This document shows, in pieces, positions 37,201-51,100 of a stretch of 64,000 nucleotides of DNA. Numbering within the stretch: the first letter of the stretch is position 1; each line of letters starts with the position of its first letter. A model generated the notes under the pieces. That model saw nothing but the letters and a program-made list of their open reading frames with translations, did not search any database and had not been told where the DNA came from. Source of the stretch: Lingula anatina (taxonomy: Eukaryota > Animalia > Brachiopoda); contig CM120645.1 in assembly GCA_051362555.1 (NCBI GenBank), positions 15,686,001-15,750,000 on the forward strand, read 5' to 3'. The translations under genes were made by a program, and so were the position numbers.

Positions 37201-40200
37201 ACAAACACCCAAGCAAAGACTGACTTACCTGGAACATGTTCATCCGCAAACTTAATATTGATGATATAGGTTCCTGGTTCAGTGGGTTTATAGGAGACCA
37301 AACAGTTTCCGTCTGGTGTGTCTTGACAGTCAATGTCTGCCTTGCTGGGGCCTTCAATGGACAAACTGAGTCCACCATATCCTAAAACAGAACAGAGATT
37401 GAATTTTTATTTCTTTTTCCTCCTATTTTAAATGTATATATAACATCAGGTAATACCTTTCTATATAAATTATATTATCAGAAAGATGGCTCGCATTATC
37501 TGAAATGCAAGAATGAATGTTTTTTTACTGTTTCAATACATGTCTCTCAATGAATTTAAACATAAAACATCAATAATAATAAAATTTTATTATTATTATA
37601 ACTGATAAAATGCCCTGATAAATATGTCTTGCTCAAGTCTTCGATTGGAGTCAGTCCTAAAATGCAAAGAAGACTTTTTTTTTCTGATTATTAAATTGTA
37701 GATCTCAAAATCTACTTCTGCTCCATGTATTGAGTCACAACAGCATGGAACCACGAGAAAAACCTAATCACTGTAAAAATCAAGAAGTTAATAAGACCAT
37801 ATCAAATCACCTGCCTTCTAGAATGTGAGACTCTCCATTCAGCGCCATTCTGCTATACCGTTCCTCTGCAATAACCATGTAACTCTACACATCCGTATCT
37901 GTTTTCTCACCTCAAAAATTTCTCTAATGATGGAGTCTCAAGGTGTGAGGGACATTTATTTTCCTGTGCCAAACATATTAATTTTCTCCCGAGTTCAATG
38001 AAAGTAGAATTTTTTTAAAGCAGGCATTTATAATCCTCAGCCATGAATCAGACTGGGATCTAAGCATGGCCCGTAGCAGCAGGCACAGCTGTTAAACCAT
38101 TCCTTTGAAAAGACACCAAACTGGGATTGAAGATATAGAGGAAGGAACAGTGTCCTCGTTAATATGTTTTATAGGCCCAATGTATATACATTTCAATTTT
38201 TTCCTGCCCAGCTGGACACTCACAGTCAATTTATTTCAAAAATCACAGTGTCTCCTATCAAAGATGAAAGAAAGAGTGAGGAGGATGAGCAAGTGAATGT
38301 ATTTCCTAGAGCTTATGGTAAACAAATAGTTGGCTCTAGAATTTTGAAATTTTGACTTGAATCTGACCATAGTTTCTGTTGGGTTTCAGATCATCAGCTC
38401 CATTCAAGACTTAAAGCACAAACTTTGCAGTTTGCATGCTGAAAGACATTTTATTCACTTGTTTCATAATATCCCCAATATGCTACCTAGTTGTTTCCAA
38501 ATCAACTATTCATTCTTTTGGATATTTTACTTTATGTGCACAGCCTCCACGAATTATGCACCTGGAAATTTCCATCTCAAGAAAAACTTTTTAGGAAAGT
38601 AGGTATTAATAAATTTTTGAAAAAAAAAAATAGCAAGCCCAAAACTTTGCATCTTGTGGTCCCTTAAAACACACATTTTTTCCACTCACATACACAAATA
38701 TACAACCAAATTACAACACAAGAACTATACATCATTTCTAGCCTAATAATACCTCTCCATGCTTAAAAAACTTATTCACCAGCCACGGGAGCCTTGCTAA
38801 GATAGAAAAAAGAAGTGAGGCAGATAAGTGTTTCCTGTGCTCGGCTCATCTCATATTTCTTTCAGATTTGCTAGTATCCAGGTGTAAGTTGTCCTTGCCA
38901 ACTATCATCATAAAAGGAAGCAGCAAAAACCAGGGACTTTCCTCCCTCTCTCCCTAACATCTTTCCCCCCCAATCAATCAATTTTGACAGTTCTATATTA
39001 ATACAACAGATATATCTGATGGGGATGTAGGCATCTAAAGTCTTTAATTAGCTTCTGTGGGTATTCTGGAGCCAATTTACCTGCATATCTTCAATTAATG
39101 AGATGAGCAGGTGCCTTATTGTTCTGTAGACAACTACAGGTGAACGAGTAATTAACTTTTGTGTAGTTGCCATCAACTCCTGCAATTCTCCCACCTGCAA
39201 TTTTTATGATTGTCTAAAATAAAAAGATTGGAGTAGTGGGCACACTGGTATGGGGATAGTGCACAAATACATCTAAATTTTTTCAACCGAAGAGCTCAGG
39301 TGTGTTGGACAGGCTATTAAGATAACAAGAGATGGCATACCCACCTGCAAGGAGCTTCTTAACCTTTACTCTGAAGTCAAATAAATATTATTTTGACCAC
39401 AAGTCAAGTCTTTAAGGGGGAAAAATGGAAAACAAATAAATATACAGTTTCACTGTCTATTTCAGCAATTCAAATCTGTCTAATTGGCTGAATTTTGACA
39501 TTTTGTCATCAAGGGTCAAGAACTGTCCAAAAATGCTTCTTGGTAAATTTCAGAATCAAATAATTTTCTTTCCAGCAGCAATTCCAAAACCACAAAGCAA
39601 ACAGATCCTTGTTTTGCCTCTCAGATTCTGTTTCAAAACCCCCTGCCAGGACAATTTCAGCATTTTTGATAAACTGTCACTAAAAGAGAAGTTTGAAAAG
39701 AAACTTATGTATGTATGTCAAAATATCTTCAGTGCAAAAGATGATATCAAAAACATCTTCACTGAGGAATTTTGAACTTGATATGAAAACCTGCTTGGCA
39801 TAGTGGGCCATCTTAGGACCATCTTATAAAAACAACTCATCTTATTTAGTATCTCTTCCCATGAAAACAAGTAAGGGGGGAGGGTGTAATTTATTGTAAA
39901 ATAACTTCATGCAGTAAACAACAAACTACATCATAATAGTTGCCGCCAAGTTTAAAAGAACAGATATATATGAAAGAGCAAATAAACAACTTACAAAGAA
40001 AATTATTTTTTAAAAATTCTTATGCTTACAAATTTTTAATGGTTCATTGCTTGTTAAGTCAATTCAAACTTTCAAACCCTGAAGAGCATGGAAGCTGTCT
40101 CTGAGTTGGCTTAACTCTGTGAGAAGAAATTAAAAAGTGAAAACTTCATTTCACTTGGAAACTCTACACTTTATTTTATCAGAGGTAGAAAAAAAAAAAA

Positions 40201-43200
40201 AACGACCAGAGGAGCTAAAACCTATACTGAACTGCTCATCCCTTTAGGGGTTTTTACTCCAAAAATATTACGTTTCACCATGGGAAAGAAAAATTCCAAA
40301 CAAATTAAGCTTGAGGTTGGAAGAAACTTATCCCAACTCCCACATAAGGCTAGAAACAGTGGAGGTTGAAATTGAACAAAAATTGGGAGAAATTGCCCCC
40401 TAACAAGTAGTAGACCTCAGCAGCTGGGAGCTGTTAGTCTAAAGAGCAAACAGCCATCTATAACTTTGCTGAATAACAGAAACAAGGGGATATTCCCATA
40501 TTACTAAAAAACCCAAGTCAACTTATCCACATTCTAAATGTTTGAGAAATCGTGGAGTTATATTCTAATTTTTCAACTCACAAGATGTTTGTTTTTGTAT
40601 TTGAGGGAGATTGAACCCAGCTAAGTAACAGAACACAAATGCATCCGGCCAATGTTCACAAATCTTTTAAACAAGAAAACAACAGCATATTTAAACCCAC
40701 GTAAGTAACACCAAACATAGGTTTAACATTTTTACAAGTGTTTGACGTCAGGTAAACCGGGTTCGACTTGTTGGGTATATCACTGTAATACTTATGTACA
40801 GAAAAGAAGTCTTGTATGTGTGCACTGATGTGGCATAGGTATCATAAATATTTAGAAAAGTGCCACGCTGCTTTTTAGATGTATTTCATTTAGGGATCTA
40901 TGTTGTGAAAAATCCCATCTAGTCTTTACTTCCTTTAATTTCTAGGTGTTGAAAGACTGATAGATTCTTTATCACTTTTGAAGGCAAATAAGGCATCTTC
41001 AAATAAAAAACTTTTAAGTAGGTATCTGGTTTTATCCATCAAAACAGAATAACAGCTGATCGAACCCTTGCAAAAACAGATTCTGGATCTCTGATTAAGT
41101 TCTTCCAGTCAAAAGTCATCAGGACTTCATGGCATTTCACTGCAAACTACTGCAAAACAATACAAATTTCACAATGCAAATTAATAACATCTTCAAGAAT
41201 GTCAAAGTATTAAGTGGCTATCCCCTTTTTACCTTCAACCTCTAAAGTACCCCATTAAAAACCTTATTTTCTTCATTTGGTGTAAGCCAATTTAACAGCC
41301 ACTGAATTCAATGCATGGCTCAGCCTATGAAAGAATGCATTTCATCCATTATGCAATTTGGATGTAAAAAGTCTTTGCAATATAAACACAGGGCCACTAG
41401 CATATGATAGGAAGATTTCGAGAAAAATCTAATGACTAGTCTGTTAAATCAGAACTAGAAAACTGAGTTTAGATTATGAAAGATAGCAACTTAAGCTGCA
41501 AGGCAGTTTGACTCTCTCTAATTCAATAAACCCCAATAAACGAGATAATTATTCATATTGAACAAATCTTGGGGCAATGCAACTTCAATTTCCTTCAAAA
41601 GTTAAGAGCAGAACAACATCAACTTTTTAAATATGCCACACCCGGACTACAGAAAATACCTCCCATCATGTGACTTTATACTTCTCACAAAACTTTCTAT
41701 ATAGTGTAGTTATAATGTTCCTCAATGACATTAAATAAATACTCACTCTTGGTTTTTTCATTCGCATAGAATGACATAGACCTCACCAAGGGTTTCTTGG
41801 GATTTCTGGAGCTTTTTCTCGCAGACATCTTAGAGCCTGATAATCCAACCAAAGTTGACGCTTAATCCTGATAACTATACCCTGAGAGACGGGAGAGACT
41901 GAAATGCAATGCTCCTCCTTTGAAAACACAGGGCAAAGGTGTTTTAATCTTCTCAATGGCAGTCACTCCACTCTGTTCATATGCCTGAGAAAAAGTACTT
42001 TTGGCAAAAGCAATATTCCAAGAGTAGTTCTGCTAAAAATATTGTGCAACTCAAAACACCTGAGACAAATTCCACAGTAGAAGCTTCACAAAAAATCTTC
42101 TACAAGAATACTGTACAAAATGACAGAAGTTTTTTTTTTTTTATATATATAAATCTATCTCCAGTGGATGATAATCTTTCTTCCAGCACCAAAGTAACTT
42201 CCGCAGATGAAATCTGAGCAAATCAAGCCAAATGTTTGTTCAGTCCGAGAAAAGTTTCCCCTAGTGCTATATGACAACTGGGAAGGTTTGAACTGCTTGC
42301 CTATAGCCCTCTCCACAACACTGACCCAATACCTCCAGTTCCCCTGGTGAACTGCTTGGTCCCAGATGGAATACAAGGCTGCTATTGACACCACTATCTC
42401 ATTTGTTAAATCAGTAAACTCTCACCAGGGGGACCTAGTGTAGCCAAAGGTGCTCAGGAGAGCCGCACAACAGAGGAAGATGCACACACACACCTGCTGT
42501 TTTGAACCAAGATGAGCAGATATACGAGGGACTGAATTCCAAGATTCCAGATCATTGGCGTAATTGACTTAGTTAACTGCACGGCTGCAGTTACGTTACA
42601 ACTCGTCATAATCCATCCCCTCGAGCGAGCTCCTTCAGTCGTATCCTCCTCTAAAAATACCCCGCTGTCCAAATGAGGAGGGATTTATTCCTTGGCACGC
42701 TCAGCCACTGACAGATCACAGGCGTTCCCTCTCCAAACTATTCCAATGAGCACACACAAGTGTTTTGTTTGCTCTTTTTAAAGGTCTATTTTAGAATTTG
42801 AGATCAAATATATCTGAGTGGCCAAAATTTGCTGGAACCGACCTGCAAACAGTTTTGGGGTTTGCAGACAAGGACTGTAGAATTAGTATTCAAGACACAG
42901 CATCAAGTTCATTCACAAAAGGCAAACCATAAGACAATTCCAGATTGTTCTTTTTGAAATCAGACTGTTTTTTTAATGTTACAGTTGCAAGCCCAGCTGG
43001 AAACCACCTGAACAACATGAATCAGCAGTGACCCATTACTTGCCTAATACCATCACACTAAATAACAAGGAACCTGTTCATAACTTTACCAGTGTAAACA
43101 CACCTCAACAGTCAAGTTAAAAACATTTTTGAAAGACATTTACATTTCATTCCTGAGTGATCATTTCTTGGATTGGTCTGTGTTGTTTTTGGACACAGGC

Positions 43201-45070
43201 AGGCTATCTAGTTGCACAACATTAGCTGAAAGATAAACAACAACACGAGTGCCTTGGATGCCTTATTTATGCATCTGCCCACTTCAAATTTTTCACCCCT
43301 TTTTTTTAAACCCGCTCCCAGCTGCTGTTACAGTATTTGTCTAAGTTATTTGCCTGTACATTTGCAAAATTGATGAAAACATCTTTTCTTTTTCTTACAT
43401 AAGTTCAGCATGTTGTAACATTTTACATCATCAATTAATAAATATCAATGATCTATCACATAATTTTGGAACTCTACTGGTCTGATCTTTGATAAAATCC
43501 ATAAAATCGATATTTTGAGAACTCTTTTTGGGAGCAAGATCCCACTGGATTAGCCATTCACTCTTGACCTGCTGTCGTAAGTGACGGGAGAGTAAACAAC
43601 TGGGCAGAATTCTTGTGCCATGGACGGAATTTTCACATTATCATTTCTATCATTTTCTTCATAATGAAATCATCATCTTCTGAGAGTTGTGTGCATTTCT
43701 GGACTATTTTTACTCTAAGACTAATTATAGGGGGCTGGGATTTAGGAAATCAGAATTTCTTTCACCTTTGAACTTGAACATCCCCATCTTTCTATCAAAG
43801 GTTCAGAAATTTGGCATACAGATTAAAGCCCACCTAAGTGCAAAAGAAAAAAAACATTGCTCTTTTTAAGTTTACTTTTTCGTGGTTATATTCACAGATA
43901 TAGCAAATCAATTATCAACAATTTTGTAATGCAGTTTGTTTCAATATTACATCATGAAATACTGATCAGTTGTACTCAGGGTATAGACATTTACTATGGT
44001 AACTCCAATATGTCATTGGAATACCCTTCAAAATGCGCATGTCTAATTTCTGTTATTTTTTCATTTATAAAACCAGTACAACTTGTTGTAAAACAAGACA
44101 ACTTAATTTCTGACACCACCCCGCCATGCTATAAATCCTTCCTTAAAAAACTTACAGGTGAAGACGAAGCTGAAGTAAGGGAAGATAAGATGTTGCCTAA
44201 AATTGCCAGAGGAGAGGGTTTTTTCTCTAGCTCAAGTGCACCAGAAGTATATAGGAAGCTATCCCACTGTCTGCATATGTGGATTGCAAGACATCTGGAA
44301 TCTGACGGAGAAGTTAATGCGTGGTGATATACACAGCTTCGTTTTTTCCTACGGGCCGATGGTGCTTTAAAAAAGCAACTTTTTGAAGTTCTTGTTTCAC
44401 GCGTTTAAATGTCTGATTTGCCCCAAAGGATCAAAATGCTTTGGAAAGAAGGGCACTTTTTGAAGTTATGGAGTCATGTAGAATTTTGGACTATCTTGCC
44501 ATATTAGGTTTGCCATTCCTACAGTTACTTCTTTTATGAAGTCACTGCCCTTCACAGTCTCCTGGTGTTAAAGATTAATCTTATTGGATGGAAAAAATGC
44601 AACTTTTGAGTCAAATTTTCCGGAAATATCAATTTAATTTCAACTTCAGAAAAAGACTAAAAAATAAAAAAAAAGGTTTATTGAAACCACATACCTCTAA
44701 AATCTACGTTAGTTTGAAGATTATTTTTGTGAGTTAACATTTTGAGTGAGACAAATTAATCAATTGGTCAACAGAAAAAGGCCTTACCATACGTTGCATA
44801 TAAAGAAGCAATGGTAAGAAATGGATAGCTGGCATTCACAAAACCCATTCTAAAGAGATGGGCCAAAGATGAGACTGCCGTTTAGTAAAAAAGTCACAGA
44901 TGATATGGCTTAGGTCCAGGGGGCCACCTTGGCCAATTACATTTTTGGCTCCCAAAAAGTTGGAAATCTGCTGATAGTCAAATATCATTTTCATTCCTGA
45001 AAGAATGATGGGCAGATGAACAGATGGCATGGGAGAGATGTGTGTGTGTGTGTGTGTGTGTATGTGTGTG

Positions 45071-45127
<57 letters not shown>

Positions 45128-48100
45128 GGGGGGGGGAGAACACATTCAAACATATTTAAGTCTAATCTCCACAGTTGCTGCTATAAATTTCAAACAGAAC
45201 CACTCTCACCGGGCAACAACTCCATCACCACACCCGATTTCATGGAACTATTTATTAACCATGTATCCTAATTAATTTGACTCCAACTTGACCTCTAGAT
45301 CACCCCTGCTTCCAGGTACACATCTGGTCTGGGAGTAACTTTCTCTTACCTGTGCTGAAATTCCCAATGCCAGAAGTTCCCCAATAATTTTCAGAGCTTC
45401 ATTGTTTCAACACTTATATGATCAATATTTTTTACATATCCCCTTTAGGAAAACCTTACTTTCTAAATTATACTTAACTTTTTTTTTTTTGGGGGGGGGG
45501 GGGAGGCAAGAGTCGAGGGAGTGGCATTAACCAGCTGTGCACCCCCTCCCTCCTAGATGCATCATAATTCTTAATATCCATCCAGGTAATAAAAATTTCA
45601 TATCCAAGAATCTGGATATTCGGGTGATAAGGCAGAAGATAAATTAAAAAATACTACTGGAAACTCCTCATATGCATCCAGGGAAAAATCCCATATCCAT
45701 GATTCCAATTTCCTTTCATCTTATTTTTCCAAAAAAGAGATAAATTACAATGGCATTCTGACATACAGAATCATGCCAAGAATCCCATATCAAGTCTTTT
45801 CTGTCAAAGATTTGGATGGATGATTAAATTACTGTGGACTGATATCTTACTCATATACATCCGGGTGTCACACCATCAGCTGAAAAGTTGGACTCCCAGA
45901 AATGCATTACTTTAAGTGCTTCTGAGAATCTCTAGAAAAAGTTTTCTGTGTGAAATGTGCGTGTCATTTCTGCTTTCTACCAATGCGAGGGCCACAGACT
46001 GTGCTGCATGCGTGTAATGTTGATAGTTAATTAAAGCGTCTGGGTGTAGGCAGTGAGTGAGATTTAACGGCATACCTGTATGGTCTTTCAGTGTTTTTTT
46101 TCTTAATAATACAAACAGATGTGTCTTTCCTACATATATATCTGTCTACTGACTCAAACTAAAAAATTAACAATTTTTCTAGAGCTGATATTTGATATTT
46201 GATCTGAAAGCAGATCTGATCTCCCCCCCCCCCCCCCCTCTCTCTCTCTCTTCACCTCTGCATGTCAGAAAAAAACAAGTTTTACTCAAGGCTACATTTC
46301 AGGCCTGTGCCAGCATCTCCAAAGGGGGGGGATCTTTCTGATATAGTGAAACTTTTTTACCCCCTTAGTTGATTTAAATAAAATTTAGATCAAATTTTGA
46401 TTCAGTGTGAATTTTTTTCCAGCCAGAAGAGCCATAGTTTTGAACCCCTAAGTTTATGTGCCTGCATTTATTCTTCAGTACCTGTATTTCTCATAGCATG
46501 ATCAGAAGACTTTGATCCACTTTTTTTCTCCAAGAAGCAAAATCAAAACAGCACATAAATCACATTACTCACCAGAATAAATGTGCAAATCAGACATATC
46601 TCACCAATCGCTTCACAAACTATAACTAATGTCAAACGTCCACCTCTGAAATCATACCAAGCCAGTGACCGATGACTGTGACGCCTACATGATTACAGTG
46701 TATTTGCCATACACTTATTTTTATTAGCTATTTTGATTTCCCCCTGTTTCATTCACCGCCAGTTCCCCCAGTATAATTTGAAGAAAGCTTTTAGGCAGTC
46801 TGGTAAATCCAGTGATGTGCCTTCTGCCAGAGTTAATGCACTTCTTATTCACCTGTGCTGACCCTAAGGTCACTCTGTGTTTGCAAAGCACCATTCATAT
46901 GTTTGCTCTCTGTCAAACAATTTTGAGAAACAGGACTGGTGCTGCACTCTGGTGGAGATGATATAAACTTAACGCAAAATATTTCACACGATTTAAAACC
47001 AAAAAATGTAAAAAAAAAAATAAAATAAAAATAAATCCCAATGTGGTACAAGTTTATTCTAACAAAAACATTTTGAAAGAATTTATAATAATAACTGCAC
47101 AGTAGGATTCTTTTGTTAATTATGTCAAAAATGTTCTGAGACTGGACTGGTGCTGTGCTCTAGTGAGAATTTTTTCAAACTACAGGCACCACCTCTTTAA
47201 TATAACAAATGCTGTTGAATAATTATTTCTTTATAATTGAGCAAGAGATATAAAAAACAGCTGCAAAATGATGGCAGAGGTGGAATTAGGATTACTTTGA
47301 TTCAGCCATCTTTGATGCATTGTGCTGCACTCTGGTGAGGAATCAGTTAACTACATTTAAAGATCTACTTTGCAATATTGGAAAAAAGGATAGCAGAAAA
47401 CAGGCAAGCAAAGTTTTAATGCAAAATCATTTTGACCTGCATGTGGATTTAATGCTCATTTAAATGACATAAGATGCCGCCTTTTTTCTTAATAATACTA
47501 TAAAATATAAAAACTTTGAAAATGGAAATCTGAAAACATGTTTATAAACAATATAGAACAAACAAAAATATAACATCTGAAAGTGCATAAAGTTTTCAAA
47601 TCAATCTCAAGTAAAATGTTATGAGAAACCCTAAATATAAAACAATCATCACATCCACATCCCTTTTTTTAACCTTCAAAATTTCTGTCTCACCATTATA
47701 CACTATAATACATTTAAACATGCATGTTTAGATATGAGAGCACAAACATGTTGCTAGAACACAGCAGGTGGGTATATGCAAATCAGCAAATAAGGGATCT
47801 GTAAATAAAGAATCTTTAACAGGGGAGCCATGAAAATAAATTCTTGCACATTACACTCTCCCTCTCTCTCTCTCTCACGAACACACAAACACACACATGC
47901 AAGCACACACCAAAAACTGTCACATACCTGCATCTTTAGTATTCACGGTGAATTGATTCACTTCGTTGGCCATGCCTTCCTCCAGTCCTTTCCCAGAAAC
48001 CTTCACCCTGCTGGCATTTCCCAGCTCTTTCTCGCCCACGCTGATAATAAAAGGACTGTTGCGAATGGGTTGCCCATTCTTGTAGACATTCACCTTGTGG

Positions 48101-51100
48101 TCGCCTTTCTCTTGGGGAGTAAATGAGATTCCTGGAAAATAGAAAACAGGGTCAATCTGTCAAATATTTTGAATTTTTGTTTGTTTGTCTCTCTTTCGCT
48201 TTTTTTTCGCAAATAGGAGTGGCTGCATCAACACATACATGCCCATCCCAGTCAAAGTGTTGAATATTTTACCTTCATTTTGCATTGTAATTTGAAAAAA
48301 AAAAAAATTAGTAAAACATGTCTTCAACAACCCGGAACATCTGGGACTCCTCTATGTTGACTGTGGGGTCAAAGTGGTACTTATTTTTACAAGGCTGCTT
48401 TCTGCAAAATTTGAAAATTAATTTATAAGGACAAGGCGTCAAATATTTTTAGGCTCTCTTTTTTGCCAAGTTTTTGTGATTTTCTTTCACCTTCAAGAAA
48501 ATCAGTAAAATATGTATTCAAAGATCTTCAACAGATGCAAGTGATTGATCATTTTGCATTTGAAAGTGACATTATCAAGTCATTAGTTTCAGCAAATTAG
48601 TTTCAGAGGAAAAAATATGCCTGGGGTATGTTAAGGTCTGATAAAATAACCGATAACAAATGAAACAGCAGCAAATAATTATTACTCCCAAAATGCTGGA
48701 ATTTCAAACATAATCCATACTCAGGTAAGATTAACACACACGTCTGTAAGCAAAGAAACTGGAGGTGAGGTAGTTTTGCTTCAGAAACAGGTCAGGTTTG
48801 GCCAGATCAGACATGGTTGGGCTAGGCACAATCTCTGAGCTCAACTAACGCAATCTCAACCTGACACATTTTAACCTTCCAATGAAATTTGATTTTGATG
48901 ACACAAAACATTTTCATGTGTACACCGCTTCCCCAGTATAATTCTTCTTTCATTTCATAGCATTAAGCCTAAAAAAGGATCTATTCGCTCAAACAGATCA
49001 GCATGAAATGAAATCTCAGAACAATACAATGCAGAATGCCTCAATGAATATCTCATCTAGTTATATTCAACAGCAAATAGTTGTTTTTGCATAAGTCAGT
49101 ACAGATATAGTGGGACAAAACATTTCCTCTTACTTCTTATTTATCTTTGAAGGAAATTACCCCACTAATTCTTACCAAGATGTCCATTGGGCAGTCTCTT
49201 GAGGATACAGGGCTGCTCTTTCCCAGATGGACTAATAATATTGGCTGTGAGAGTGGAGATGTCCACGTCCTTGATGTCCAGGGAGATGTCACTGCTGGTA
49301 CCTACGGACACCTGCGACTTCTTCTTGCCCTCTCCTAGAACATACAATATGGTGGGTTGAAATACAAATTCCGTTTGGTGGCAAAAGTGGTATGAGAACA
49401 AGTGCAACTCTGACCGATAAGACTTTCACAATGTTTTTTTTTTTTTTTTGCTTTAATTGAAAACCTTTATTATCATACTAGTATGATAGAAATCCATTTC
49501 TGTTTGCTACCTTGAGCACAAAATATTAATTATACTGAAAATTATACATCTGATATGTTTCAACAATACTATTTCTACTTCATGGATGGAAAAAAGTTAC
49601 ATACTGCAATAACAAGGGGGGAATAAGAAAAATTAACACTAATGACAACAATATAAGACTGACCACAAGTAGCCACGATCAACAGACAAATTCTGACAAA
49701 GACACACAGCCTTAATAACAGCATTAAGGTTTAAACATACAATAATATCCAACAACATTACAAACACCTGAACCCAACAATCTCAACATACAAACATACA
49801 AACAAACAAACATCCATCCATACAAACATCCATCTTTCCACCTCACAAATGATAATGCAACACATCACTGAATCACTGTTGAAACATACAAAGAATAAAT
49901 ACTTACATATTTGTGTGTCCATCTACCAAAGCATTGATAAAAAATACAATAGTATGTAAAACAGCAGAGAAAGAGAAGATTTATTCAGAAGAATTGAGTT
50001 AAAATACAAGAAGAAATATTTATTCAGGAGAAACAATGCAATGGAAGAGAAGGAAGCCCTCTGATATAGCATTCATAACTATTCAGATTTGAAAGTAACA
50101 CATCTAATTATCAGTGAGTTTCTGAAGCTTTTGCTTGAACTATTCAAGTAGAGAAAGAGAGAGAAGCCTATTATAAAGTTTTTAACAATGGCTACTATTA
50201 ATCACAAATGGCCCATAAGAGCATTCATACAAAAGCCAAAAATTTTGCATACTAAGCATTAACATGCTCTTTAAAACTTCTGCAGTTAAATAACAATACA
50301 TTATTTACAAGGAGCACAACTTCAACTCCTGTATCTTTTGATATGGAATGAAAGAGAAAGTAGAAAGATAAAAGATCTAAAATTTAAAAAATCACGTTCA
50401 AATACACCTACGGAAAAAAGCAGTTTTCAGTGAGAAAAAAAAGCCGGAAAATGCACGAGTCTGTTTCAGATACTGGTTACCTGCAGGGGCTCCCTGGGTG
50501 GGTCTTGTTCGTCTACGTCTTGGCTCTCTTTTCCGAGCCTCACCCACTGGCACCATTTTCTCCCCTTCTGAGCCTCTCTGTGGCCCTGCTTCATCTCCCG
50601 GGTAATACCCATCAGGAGATTCAGGGGGAAACTTCCCCCCATCTTTATATTGAGCCGCAACTGGCACCCTCTCCCCTTCAGTGCCTCTCTGTGGTTCCAC
50701 ATTATCCCCAGGGTAATATCTATACACAAAAGGGGTATCTTGGGGTAACCTAACCCCACTCCCATGAGGAGGTTGTTCACTTTCCCCCTCCTGGCCATCT
50801 CCAGGCACTGACCCTACTGGACGGTCATATAAGTAGGTGGACACTGGCTGGCCACTGGGTATGGGTGATGGAGACCGGTCACGTGCTGATGGCATGACAA
50901 TGAACTTGACTGGGTCTCTCTGCTCCCATTTACCCTCTTTGGGTTCAGCTGGGGATGGAGTAGTATCAGACACAGGGACTGTATATCTCACTGGGATGCT
51001 ATTGTCCCCCTGAGGGCCTGAATCTGGCTTTTCAACCCTGGGGGTCCCGTGACTGCTTCTTGGTTTAGCAGACTCTGGGGCACTCTTTCCTGGTTTATCT

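Noticed and set aside
43857-44327. 156-aa + strand ORF
   Set aside because: Non-ATG start, no recognisable motif, antisense within a filamin intron
50398-50480. C-terminal [26 protein letters not shown] of the 2246-aa ORF
   Set aside because: Lies after an in-phase gtaacc donor and composition shifts abruptly; most likely intron read-through
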